Below are positions 48,937 through 59,035 of a stretch of 64,000 bases of DNA, piece by piece. Made by a program: the position numbers and the translations under genes. The notes beneath the pieces were generated by a model. It saw only the letters and a list, made by a program, of their open reading frames with translations. It had not been told where the DNA came from and searched no databases. Origin of the DNA: Ascoidea asiatica JCM 7603 (lineage: Eukaryota; Fungi; Ascomycota); contig BCKQ01000004.1 of assembly GCA_001600695.1 (NCBI GenBank), positions 1,354,321 through 1,418,320 on the forward strand, in the 5' to 3' direction. How positions within the stretch are numbered: the first letter of the stretch is position 1; each line of letters starts with the position of its first letter.

Positions 48937-49275
48937 AATCAGGACTAACATTTTAAGTATGGTTCATACCAGTAACTGCACTCAACTCGTAAAAATCAGA
49001 TCCGCTTAAATCCAATATATAATCCTGTTTTCCATTGCAAGGATGGCGGCTGTAACGGTACTGCTAAATCCATGTAAATATCCTGATGTCCGTGCCAGAC
49101 CCCGCGGAAAACAAATTCAAAACAAAAACAAACTTTTTGGAGCTTTCTCAAAAAGACTCGAAATAAAAAAAAGGCGATTATTTCCATTATCAACAAGAGC
49201 AATTCAATTCAATTCAATTCAATTCAATTCATTTAAATTCATTCACTCATTGTCCTTTTTTATTTGGTTATTAAA

Positions 49276-52200
49276 ATGAGTAACAATAAAACCTTTCAAG
49301 CTTGTGATATATGTCGTAAGAAGAAGAAAAGATGTTCAGGAACTTTACCTTGTGATTCATGTAATAAACTTGAAATTAATTGTTCATATGATCAAGTTTT
49401 AAAAAATAAAAGGAAATCTTCAATTAATGATATTCTTGAAACTAATAAAAAAAAAAAAAAAAAATTAGAAAATAAAGAATCTAATTCAATTCATATATTC
49501 AATTCAGACTCAATATCTAATTCCGAATTTAATAATGATTCTAATACTTCAAATAATTTAAATAATTTAAATAATTTTAATAATTCAAATATTCAAATTG
49601 ATAAAGATATAATTTTAATGTCAAATAATAATTATCAAAATTCAAATTATTCTATAGATTCTGAATTAAATAAAATTACAAAATTAAATACTAAATTTAA
49701 TTCTACACCAATTTTAATTTCAACTCAAACTCATTCTTCTTCTTCTTCTTCTTCTTCTTCTTCATTTGAACCATTATTAGAATCTAATAATACTAATTTT
49801 AAAAATAATTCTCAAAATTCATTACAAAACTCATTACAAAACTCATTGCAAAATTCTTTTCCTGATTCTTCTCCAAATTTAAAATCAAATTTATCTTTAA
49901 ATTCAATTCCTCAATCATCTTCAAATTCTAATATAAATAATTCTATAAATGATCCTATAAAATCTTCAATAAAATCTTCAATAAATTCAAATGAAATTCC
50001 AATTGAATCAAATTATATAAATACTAAACAAGAATCAAAAAGAAATTCTAAAAGGTTAAAAAATTCTAAAAATTCTAAAAATTCAGATACTTCAACTACA
50101 AAAATAGAAAAAAAAATTGATTTAAATCAAGTTAAAAAAAGTATAGATAAATTAAATAAACAACAAAAAAAATTAGAACTTTTATTAATAAATTTATCAC
50201 AATCTATTGAATTAATAAAAAATAATCAATCATATAATTCAACAAATGAAATTGAAATTGAAATTGAAAATGAAAATGAAAATGAAAATGAAAATTTATA
50301 TCTTTATAATCAATCAAATCAAAATTCAATTAAAAATAATTTAAATAATATTAATCAAATTAATAATGATATAAAATTTAATAAAAATATTAAAAATAAT
50401 AAAAAAGTTCGTTTTTTAAATTCAAATTTAAATTTAAATTCAATTACAAATTCAAATTCAAATTCAATTACAAAAAATACTAATTATAATAATTTAACAA
50501 ATGATACCTCAAAACATTCTCCTTTTACTCATTTATTAAGAGATAATAATGATAATGTTGTTGGTCCTCAGGTTTCATTTCCAATGTTCAGTAAAAGAGG
50601 TATAAATTGGCTTAAAAAAAAATTATCAATTAATTCTAAAATTCAAAATAATTCAATTTCTAATTCCATTTCTAATTCCATTTCTAATTCCATTTCTAAT
50701 TCCATTTCTAATTCTATTCTTATTTCCCAAAATTCAAATGATTTATTAACTCCATTATTAAATATTCCTTTAAAAATTGGTAATCAAATTAAATTATCTT
50801 CTAAAATTTGGACTTCTAAAATTGATAGTAATGATTTATTTAATTTTCCTTCAAAAAATATAATTAATTGGATTATTGATATAGGTTCTGCAGAATCTTT
50901 AACAATTCCTCCAAAAAGTTTATTAAATAAAAAATTTAATCATTATTATGATATACAAAATGGATTAATTAAAAATGATTTAAATAATTCAGATTATTTA
51001 TTTTTAAATGCTTCATTAACTATTTTATCTTTATTCACACATGATTATTATTTAAATCAAAAACATTTCAATGAACCTTTTTTATTAAATGCTAATCAAT
51101 TAAAAGAAATTGAACAAAATCATTTACTTAATTCAATCTATTATTTTAGAAAAATTTGTATAATCAATGATGGTGTAAATACTATTTCTGGACTTTTATT
51201 ATTAGCTCTTTATAATGAAATTTTAAATTTATATAAAGTCTCATATATGTTATTATCAATTGCTATTAGAATTGCTCAAGATATAGGCTTGAATTCTCAA
51301 CAAGTTTATATTTTCACAAAAGAAAATGAAGAAGAAAATAGAATGAAAAAAATTATTTGGTTTGTTTGTCAACAATTTGATAAAGCTATGTGTTATAGAA
51401 GTGGGAAACCACCTATTATAAGAGAACAAGATTCAGGATGTGTTATTGAACTCGAACATAGAATGAAGATATCAAAAAAATTTAATATACCACTTGAAAA
51501 AATTGAACTCTTTCATATAACAACATATTTAAGAGATATAATTAATAAAGGAGATGAAGATGATATTATTGATGCCATAATGTATGCACGATCTTTATTT
51601 TGTGATATAACTGATCGATTATATTCAAAATTTTTTGCAACTTCTGCTTTAGTAGGAAAAAGTAATGATGAAATTATAAATTTGGTAACTGAATTGTCAG
51701 CGGATATGATTGAATGGATCAGTCAATTCCCTGAGGGAGTTAGGCCAAGTAATAGTTCTATTTTTGAAAATAATTTTAAAGTAGATATTAACAAAAATTT
51801 TGGGAATCAAATTGTAGACAATATGCTGGACATAAAATCTATTGATTCCATCAAAATGATGTCAAAGAATTTTGATATTCGAATGCACCTAATAATTTTA
51901 GAGCTTCAATATTATCATTTTTTAATGATAACAAATAGGGTGCTATTAAAAGATTCATGGAATAAAAAAATTACAAAAAAATTGAAAAATTCATATTTGT
52001 TATGCACTGAGTGTTTAATTTACATTATTAATAAAGCTTGTGAAATTCCAGATGATATGTGTAAATTCTTTGATCTTCTAATGTTTTTTCCAATTTCTGC
52101 AATTACTACTTTATTTAGTTTAATTATTAATAATGACTATAAAGATAATAACAATTGTGAGAATATTAATTTAATAATTAAGTGTTATAAGGGCTTTTTT

Positions 52201-52629
52201 CTAAGATGTCCTGATTTGAAAAGGATTTCTTCTGTTTTGCTTTCAATTAGACAATTTATCAAAATATTGATAAAAATTGAAGAAAGAAATACAGGTAGAA
52301 ATTTTGAAATAAGTATTCAAGATGAAAATATTTTGAATAATGAAAATATTTGGGAACAAAAACAGACTAGTATGTTCAATCCTTCAAATAATAGTAATAT
52401 TTTACCTCAATCGTTTGAAAACAATTCAATTTTGGAATCCTTTTCAATCGATACAAATTTTAATGAAGATAAAACTGATCTGTTTTTTTTCAATGATGAA
52501 ACGTTCAATAATCTTTCGGGGACTGACTTTGGTCAATATCTTGATGGCAATTTTTTTGATTATCTTCTACAGCCTACATCCGAGTTTTCCAATCTCAATT
52601 TTGATTTTTTAGGCGAAGAAATCTCCTAA
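49276..52629 (+). CDS. Zn(II)2Cys6 transcription factor with Fungal_trans middle-homology region (Hal9/Tac1-like)
   Basis: ACDICRKKKKRCSGTLPCDSCNKLEINCSY; AIRIAQDIGL, KKIIWFVC..FDK.MCYRSGKPP. First ATG at 49276 (49264 is TTG). Confidence 0.88.
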   Translation: MSNNKTFQACDICRKKKKRCSGTLPCDSCNKLEINCSYDQVLKNKRKSSINDILETNKKKKKKLENKESNSIHIFNSDSISNSEFNNDSNTSNNLNNLNNFNNSNIQIDKDIILMSNNNYQNSNYSIDSELNKITKLNTKFNSTPILISTQTHSSSSSSSSSSFEPLLESNNTNFKNNSQNSLQNSLQNSLQNSFPDSSPNLKSNLSLNSIPQSSSNSNINNSINDPIKSSIKSSINSNEIPIESNYINTKQESKRNSKRLKNSKNSKNSDTSTTKIEKKIDLNQVKKSIDKLNKQQKKLELLLINLSQSIELIKNNQSYNSTNEIEIEIENENENENENLYLYNQSNQNSIKNNLNNINQINNDIKFNKNIKNNKKVRFLNSNLNLNSITNSNSNSITKNTNYNNLTNDTSKHSPFTHLLRDNNDNVVGPQVSFPMFSKRGINWLKKKLSINSKIQNNSISNSISNSISNSISNSISNSILISQNSNDLLTPLLNIPLKIGNQIKLSSKIWTSKIDSNDLFNFPSKNIINWIIDIGSAESLTIPPKSLLNKKFNHYYDIQNGLIKNDLNNSDYLFLNASLTILSLFTHDYYLNQKHFNEPFLLNANQLKEIEQNHLLNSIYYFRKICIINDGVNTISGLLLLALYNEILNLYKVSYMLLSIAIRIAQDIGLNSQQVYIFTKENEEENRMKKIIWFVCQQFDKAMCYRSGKPPIIREQDSGCVIELEHRMKISKKFNIPLEKIELFHITTYLRDIINKGDEDDIIDAIMYARSLFCDITDRLYSKFFATSALVGKSNDEIINLVTELSADMIEWISQFPEGVRPSNSSIFENNFKVDINKNFGNQIVDNMLDIKSIDSIKMMSKNFDIRMHLIILELQYYHFLMITNRVLLKDSWNKKITKKLKNSYLLCTECLIYIINKACEIPDDMCKFFDLLMFFPISAITTLFSLIINNDYKDNNNCENINLIIKCYKGFFLRCPDLKRISSVLLSIRQFIKILIKIEERNTGRNFEISIQDENILNNENIWEQKQTSMFNPSNNSNILPQSFENNSILESFSIDTNFNEDKTDLFFFNDETFNNLSGTDFGQYLDGNFFDYLLQPTSEFSNLNFDFLGEEIS

Positions 52630-52973
52630 ATTGAAGTATAAATTTTTTTTAGTTTAAATACGTCTTGTGCTGTCTAGATTGTGTATAATCAATGGTTGGT
52701 TTCTATTTCTTATCATCTGAACTTAATTTCAATGAGTAATACTTAAAGTACCAATAAAAGTTTTTTATTCGTGAAATAAAACAATTTTTTTTTGGTTTTT
52801 TGGTGTTTTGAAAATTAAATCAGTTTAATCTTTTTTTTATCGAAATGCTTTATGTTGTTTGTATAGAAAAATGTATCATTTAAATTAAGCAAGAAAAGAA
52901 AAGAAAAGAGAAAAAATTATTTAGGAATACATCTTGACATGAGAAGCAAATGATTACTCTATGGTTCAGTAAT

Positions 52974-54638
52974 TCAAGACTTTTGTATTTCAGTTTTTTC
53001 TTGAATTTCTTCAGATGAAGGATCATTAATTTCATTGATTGTTTTCCTAGGTCCAAAATAAATTTTATAGGCATAAGTATAATAATATACCAAGGATAAT
53101 ATCCAAATTCCTAAAGTCATTACTACAGTATAATTCATAGTTGTTTTATCGACAGTTTTTCCACTTGGAAACATACAAATAATCATTATAAAAGCAATCC
53201 ATGCAAGTGCAATCCAACTAATTATTGGAGAAAGTACTTTTCCTAAATAAAATGGACCTGGTTTGAAAATTTCTTTACCATAAACTAATCTTAAAAATAC
53301 AGGCATTCCCCAAGCAAGATAATTACTTGAAACGGCTAAAGTGAATAAAGCATTTGCAGCAGTTGTTCCAATCAAGCATAATAAACCTATTATCAATGCC
53401 ATAAAGCCGCTAAACCAAACTGCTCTTAAAGGAACAGCTAATTTTTTATTAACAACTTTTATTATATATGAAAATGGTAAACCATTATCTCTAGAAAATG
53501 CCCATACTTGTCTAGAAATTGCAGTTAATATACTTGCACCCATTAAATATTGACAAAAAGCGATTAAACTCATAAATGCAATAGCCCATTTTTTTCCTAA
53601 AGAATCATAAATAATTTGAGCTAAAGGTTGGCCATATTCAGTTTCTAAAATAGAAGAAATATCTTCAGTTATACAAGCACATATAACAATACAAATAATC
53701 CAACCTACTACTCCACAAATTGAGATTGATAAGATTATACCTAATGGAACAGCTTTTGCAGCATTAGTTGCTTCTTCCGATTGATGAATACAAGAATCAA
53801 AACCTCCAATAACCCAAGGAGCTGCCATCCAACTTAAAATAAATTGAAAACCAGTATTCCAAGTAGAATAATTATCAATTTCAGTAAAGATGAATTTTGC
53901 ATTTTGAAAACCATCAGTATTTACTTTTGTACCTATAGGTAAAGCAATAATAAATAAAACAATTAAACCAACATTACAAACAATAGATAAAGTTTGTAGT
54001 CTTGCTATTGCTTTTGAAGCTAAAGAAGTTGCAAAAATTTGACTAATAACAGAAGCTGCAAATACACCATATTGTTTACCGGAAGTAATTTTAAAATCAC
54101 CATCTTTTTGAATAACAACAGCAGATAAAATTTCATTTGCTAAACCATAATTTATTGAACATAAACCACCTATTAAAGCTAAAGAATTTGCATTACCAAT
54201 TAAAAAACTTAATGGAATTTTTAAATTTTTTGGAGCATAATGATAAGTCCAATAATATAAACCACCACTTGTTGGAATTGCACTACCTAATTCAGCCATA
54301 CTTATACCAATTGCTAAAATAAAAATTGAAGCAATAAACCAACCCCAAACTAAACCAACTGGACCACCAGTTAAACCAATTGATAATACAGAAGCAATTG
54401 AAGGTAAAAGACCCATAATTGAAAAAGCAATACCAAATACTTGAATTGTAGAAAATTGTCTTCTTAATTCAGGTTTATAACCAATTTCACCTAATAAAAT
54501 ATTATCATCTTTTATTAATCTTGAATCTATAATATCTTGATGTAAAATTGATCTAATTGGTGATAATTGAGTTGTTAAACCAATATTAGTTGTTACTGCA
54601 GATAAATTTTCCTGAGTTTTTTTTTCAATATCAGTCAT
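52974..54638 (-). CDS. UGA4: GABA/polyamine APC-family permease (Uga4/Gpt1)
   Basis: EIGYKPELRRQFSTIQVFGIAFSIMGLLPSIAS, AELGSAIPTSGGLYYW, SRQVWAFSRDNGLPFS, FKPGPFYLG, TMNYT. Confidence 0.85.
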   Translation of the reverse strand: MTDIEKKTQENLSAVTTNIGLTTQLSPIRSILHQDIIDSRLIKDDNILLGEIGYKPELRRQFSTIQVFGIAFSIMGLLPSIASVLSIGLTGGPVGLVWGWFIASIFILAIGISMAELGSAIPTSGGLYYWTYHYAPKNLKIPLSFLIGNANSLALIGGLCSINYGLANEILSAVVIQKDGDFKITSGKQYGVFAASVISQIFATSLASKAIARLQTLSIVCNVGLIVLFIIALPIGTKVNTDGFQNAKFIFTEIDNYSTWNTGFQFILSWMAAPWVIGGFDSCIHQSEEATNAAKAVPLGIILSISICGVVGWIICIVICACITEDISSILETEYGQPLAQIIYDSLGKKWAIAFMSLIAFCQYLMGASILTAISRQVWAFSRDNGLPFSYIIKVVNKKLAVPLRAVWFSGFMALIIGLLCLIGTTAANALFTLAVSSNYLAWGMPVFLRLVYGKEIFKPGPFYLGKVLSPIISWIALAWIAFIMIICMFPSGKTVDKTTMNYTVVMTLGIWILSLVYYYTYAYKIYFGPRKTINEINDPSSEEIQEKTEIQKS

Positions 54639-55742
54639 TTTTAAATATAAAATATAATATTTTTATTATTATTATTATTATTATCAATAATAGTTTCAAA
54701 AATTTTTGTTTTTTTCATTTAATAATGTTAATATGGACAAATTTTCTTTTATTTATTTAAAAAAGTTAAGAATTTTTATAATTTTCAAAAATTATTTATT
54801 ATATTCAAAATATTTAGATAAGAAAACTAATCACTATTGAATAATTAACCTAATTTAAGTTAAAAAAAAATTAAGTTATTAAAAGCTTGTTAATTTGTAA
54901 ATATTTAAAAAATCTCATTTGTCGGCTGATACTTTATTGAATTTTTTAAGTGCTTTTTTTTTTATTTTAGATTGATATATTAATTATAATTGAATGGTAA
55001 AATAATAATTATTAGTTTAAGATAATGTATGTTGTAAATCTTAAAAGTATAATAGGATTAATATTATAATTAAGTATGTAAGTATGTAAGTATGTAAGTA
55101 TGTAAGTATTTAAGTATTTAAAGTATTAAACAAAAAAATTACTTTTATTGGAAGTTTATGAGCTTTATTTTTTTTCAATTAATGTTCCCTTATCTAAATT
55201 TTTCAAAAAAGTATCAAAGTTCATGTTTTATTCAAGTACTTTGAGAATAAGGAGAGAAATAATTGAAATTATTATTAAATGGTACTATTAAAAGAGTGTA
55301 GTATAATTATAATATTCAAGAATTTAAAAAAATGGGATGTTACTAAAATAAAGTAAAAGTAAATGTAACTAAACAGACAAGGGAAATAAGAAGAATTTTA
55401 TATGAATTGAAGCTAAATATATGCATTTATCAAAATACTTTTGATTACTGATAAATGTCAAATATTCAGTTACTAAAGTTATCAATACGTTATTGCATTT
55501 TGTCTTGTTCTTTCTTACGTTGTTATCTGATATCTTTTATCTTGTCTTCTTTTATACAACAATCCTCTAAAGTTATTGCTATCTTTATTCTGTCACAAAT
55601 GGCTGTTATCAAGAAATAAAGTAATATACTATCTAAAGTAGAAATAAGCAAAGGTTACTGGTAACGGTTTCTATTGGCTATTGACGCTGCAGGGTTTACA
55701 CCAGCCTGCCTTTTCTTGGCAAAACTAAACTTTCCAACTTGA

Positions 55743-55814
55743 GCCTCTTTAGCTTAGTGGTAGAGCGTTGCACTTGTAATGCAAAGGTCGCTAGTTCGAT
55801 TCTGGTAAGAGGCA
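55743..55814 (+). tRNA. tRNA-Thr(UGU)
   Basis: GCCTCTT/AAGAGGC acceptor, TTGCA-CT-TGT-AA-TGCAA, AGTTCGATTCT. Confidence 0.95.
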
Positions 55815-56015
55815 GTCGGGTTTTCCTTCTTTTTTTTTTTTGTTTTTTTTTGTTTTTATTTTCTTTAATTCTGGACTACAGATAAAAAAGGGTCAGGTAA
55901 TAGAAAAAAATAGAAAAACACAAATATTTTCTTTTTCTTGTCTATTTATAAAGAAAGCCATATAAAATATACAACAATTAATATAGATTCGTAAAGAAAC
56001 AATTTAAAAAAAGAA

Positions 56016-56098
56016 TGAAGGATGCGAGGTTCGAACTCGCGCGGGAATCTCCCAGTAGATCTTAAGTCTACCGCCTTAGACCACTCGGCCAACCCTCC
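56016..56098 (-). tRNA. tRNA-Leu(UAA)
   Basis: GGAGGGTTGGCCGAGTGGTCTAAGGCG-GTAGA-CT-TAA-GA-TCTAC, long V-arm, GAGTTCGAACCTC, A73. Confidence 0.95.
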
Positions 56099-56189
56099 AG
56101 TTTGATGTCATTTTTGAGTTTTTCTGAAATGACAGTATTGCTTAAATGTTAATTTACGGGACTGTTGCTTTTTACCATACTTTTGTTAA

Positions 56190-56530
56190 AGAGTTTCCAT
56201 TGTTTGAATTATAAAAATGAATACAATTTTCTAATTCAAAGGTAATTGATAAGATAATTAATACCAAGGTTTATCACAAAGTAAACAATATTTCAAAATT
56301 GAAGATTATATGGGATATATATATGAAGAGATCATTGAAGAAGTTGAATTATTTAATGAATAATTCAATAATTGATTTGAGTTTGAATTTGAAGTGTTTG
56401 TTGTAATGATTGTAGTTGCGGTAGTGGTGGTAGCAGTTGCAGTTATAGAAGTTGCTAAATGATTATCAATATTATCATTATTTCATTGACTAATTGGGTG
56501 ATTATTGATTAGAGAGGATAAACAGAGAAT
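56190..56530 (-). pseudogene. Decayed protein-coding fragment
   Basis: One frame reads ILCLSSLINNHPISQ*NNDNIDNHLATSITATATTTTATTIITTNTSNSNSNQLL...YPI*SSILKYCLLCDKPWY*LSYQLP, with host-typical low-complexity codons and in-frame stops. Confidence 0.55.
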
Positions 56531-56689
56531 GTTTTTTTTTATATAACATTATTTTGATCACAATTGTTTAATTGATATAATTTCAACACAATTTAATTCA
56601 ATAAAACTACAAAAATGGTTTTAATTTGATTTAGAATCCAGTCCGTGTCAGGATTCCATTTCTTTTTGTTGTTTTAAGATGAATCTAAA

Positions 56690-57390
56690 TTTAAATGAAT
56701 TTAAACATTTTTTAAAACCATTAAAAGAAATAATAAACTATAATAATCAGATTAATAATATTATTCAAACTAATGAACAATAATATTTATAATAATTAAG
56801 TCTTTTATTATTTAACTTTCTTGAAAGTTTTATCCCCAGGTTTTTTTTTTTTTTTTTTTTATCTATCATTATCTATCATTATTGTTCTATATTCTATTCT
56901 AAATCATGCATCCCAAAGCAGGTGAGATTATTATACAAATATAAACTAGGAAAGCAAAAAAAAAAAAAAGAAGAAGTTTATTATAACTAGAATTAAATGA
57001 CATTTAATTTCTTGGAACTCATAAAATTTAAAGAAAATGATCATTTCTATTTCAATTCAATTATGATTTATCTAAAATTTTGACGTTTTTAATACAATTT
57101 TTTCAAATTTAAATTTATTTAAATTAAAAATTGAAAATATTTTTAAAATTTTATATTTAAAAGAATTAAAAAAAAGAAATGAAAGAATTAATGATATTAA
57201 TAATATTAATAATATTTCATTATGGAAACCATTTAGTTTAAATAATAATTTAAATCAAAATAATTTTTTAAGATATTTAAATGAATTTAATTCAATTTTT
57301 CCAAATGGAGTTTTAATTTTAATTTAAAATAATCTCAATGAAGGTTTTGATCAATCTTTTTTCTCAGAATTATTTATATATTCTGATATC
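56690..57390 (+). pseudogene. Possible decayed protein-coding fragments
   Basis: Coding-like pieces MNLNLNEFKHFLKPLKEIINY... and KIENIFKILYLKELKKRNERIND...LWKPFSL...FLRYLNEFNSIFPNGVLILI*NNLNEGFDQSFF, broken by stops and T/A runs. Confidence 0.4.
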
Positions 57391-57411
57391 ATTTTTTTTT
57401 TATATACAATA

Positions 57412-57447
<36 letters not shown>

Positions 57448-57638
57448 ATACTTATTTATTATAACATTTTAGAAACATCTTTTTTTTATATGTAATATTA
57501 ATAAACAAATATCTTTTTTCTTTAACACACACATCATTTGAATATATTTGTTATTACTCAATGATTACAAAAAGCAGTATAACAATCAATTAATTAGTAT
57601 GATAAATAATTAAAAAATAAATATAAAAAAAAGAAGAA

Positions 57639-57662
57639 TGCTAATTCTGTGGATCGAACACA

Positions 57663-57695
<33 letters not shown>

Positions 57696-57711
57696 GCTGA
57701 GCTAAATCAGC
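57639..57711 (-). tRNA. tRNA-Phe(GAA), intronless
   Basis: GCTGATTTAGCTCAGCTGGGAGAGCGTCAGACTGAAGATCTGAAGGTCCTGTGTTCGATCCACAGAATTAGCA. Confidence 0.96.
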
Positions 57712-57836
57712 CAAACTACAACGCTTTATTCGAAATTCATACAAAAATTGAGTTTCAGAAATGGAATTATCTTTGTTACGTCCCGTGACTGCCACTAGAA
57801 TTTGATCCACGTGAAGTAAATTTGTATATGTCTTTT

Positions 57837-57908
57837 TCCGATATAGTGTAACGGTGATCATACCTCGCTTTCACCGAGGAGATCCGGGTTCGACTCCCGG
57901 TATCGGAA
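57837..57908 (+). tRNA. tRNA-Glu(UUC)
   Basis: TCCGATA/TATCGGA acceptor, CCTCG-CT-TTC-AC-CGAGG, GGTTCGACTCC. Confidence 0.95.
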
Positions 57909-58042
57909 CAGTAATCTCAAGTTTGTTCTTCATTTTTTTTTAGCCAGTTCTTCTAACTGCTTGTCCTGAAATTACATGCTCTTTGCCCTAACAGACGTAG
58001 ATGAAAAATCAAAAAAACAAAACAAAACGCGAAAAAAAAAGA

Positions 58043-58136
58043 CTCCTCATTAGGGGCTCGAACCCTAGACATTTCGGTGTCTCGAAATCAACAAATCCCT
58101 AAAAGCCGAACGCTCTACCAACTGAGCTAATGGGGA
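58043..58136 (-). tRNA. tRNA-Lys(UUU) with ~21-nt intron
   Basis: TCCCCATTAGCTCAGTTGGTAGAGCG-TTCGG-CT-TTT-A[intron]A-CCGAA...GGTTCGAGCCCC; one C4:A69 acceptor mismatch. Confidence 0.9.
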
Positions 58137-59035
58137 TGAGTCCTGTTTCGTGGGTCTTCTTCCGAGTGAAATCAAAATAAGCTGGTGGTGTTGTTGCTTG
58201 AGTATCAATATCTTTACTGGTGTACAATTAACTTTACTGCAAAAGCCCTTTATTTTAATTTATCCTAAGAAGTAGAAAAAACTAGGTCTAAAACACAGTA
58301 CTTTTATATATATACAGTATAAATATTACCAAGTTGTATTTTCAAAAGCTTTTCCCCGTTAAGTTTATTAACCCAGTTTATATTCTTTTGAAAAGAATTG
58401 TGAATTAATAAAATTATTTCTTTATTTATTATCGGAATAAATAACTTTTAAGTTCAATTTAAGATTTTCCAGTACTAAAATTATCCGAAAATCAAAATGC
58501 TTAATAATTTAAACCTTATTAAATAAACATTTTAAATAGTAATTTATTTATTTTAAAAAAAAAAAACTTTAGATTTAAATGATTATCAAACAATATGTGG
58601 TGCATTTTTTATAACATTAATTCATTTATCCAATAATAATCAAATATTTGTAAATTATGGAGTAATATTGGAGTAATAATGGAGTAATCTTTAAGATAAT
58701 AAAATCTTTACCAAAGAAACGAGTCAAAACTATTTTTTATTACTCATTTCCTCTCAAATTTAATTACATATGATCTTCATTTCATTATCTTTACCCCATG
58801 GGGATTATGCTTATGAATAATTATAATTATACTTATAATCAAAACTTTGATGTTATGACAATTTTCATTATTAAATAACAAAGTACAATTTATTTTTAGT
58901 ATATATATATATATCATTAAATATCATTACTTTTCTTTTATTTCTCATTTACTTTTTCCTTTCTTCTTTCTTCTTTCACTTTATATAATACATTTAATAC
59001 ATTAAATACATTAAATATATTAAATAAAATTAAAA

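Noticed and set aside
48248-48948. Short ORFs 48248-48471 and 48524-48948, plus the look-alike ORFs at 62187-62457 and 57610-57861
   Set aside because: They overlap tRNA genes; the apparent duplicated peptide is just the two identical tRNA-Val copies
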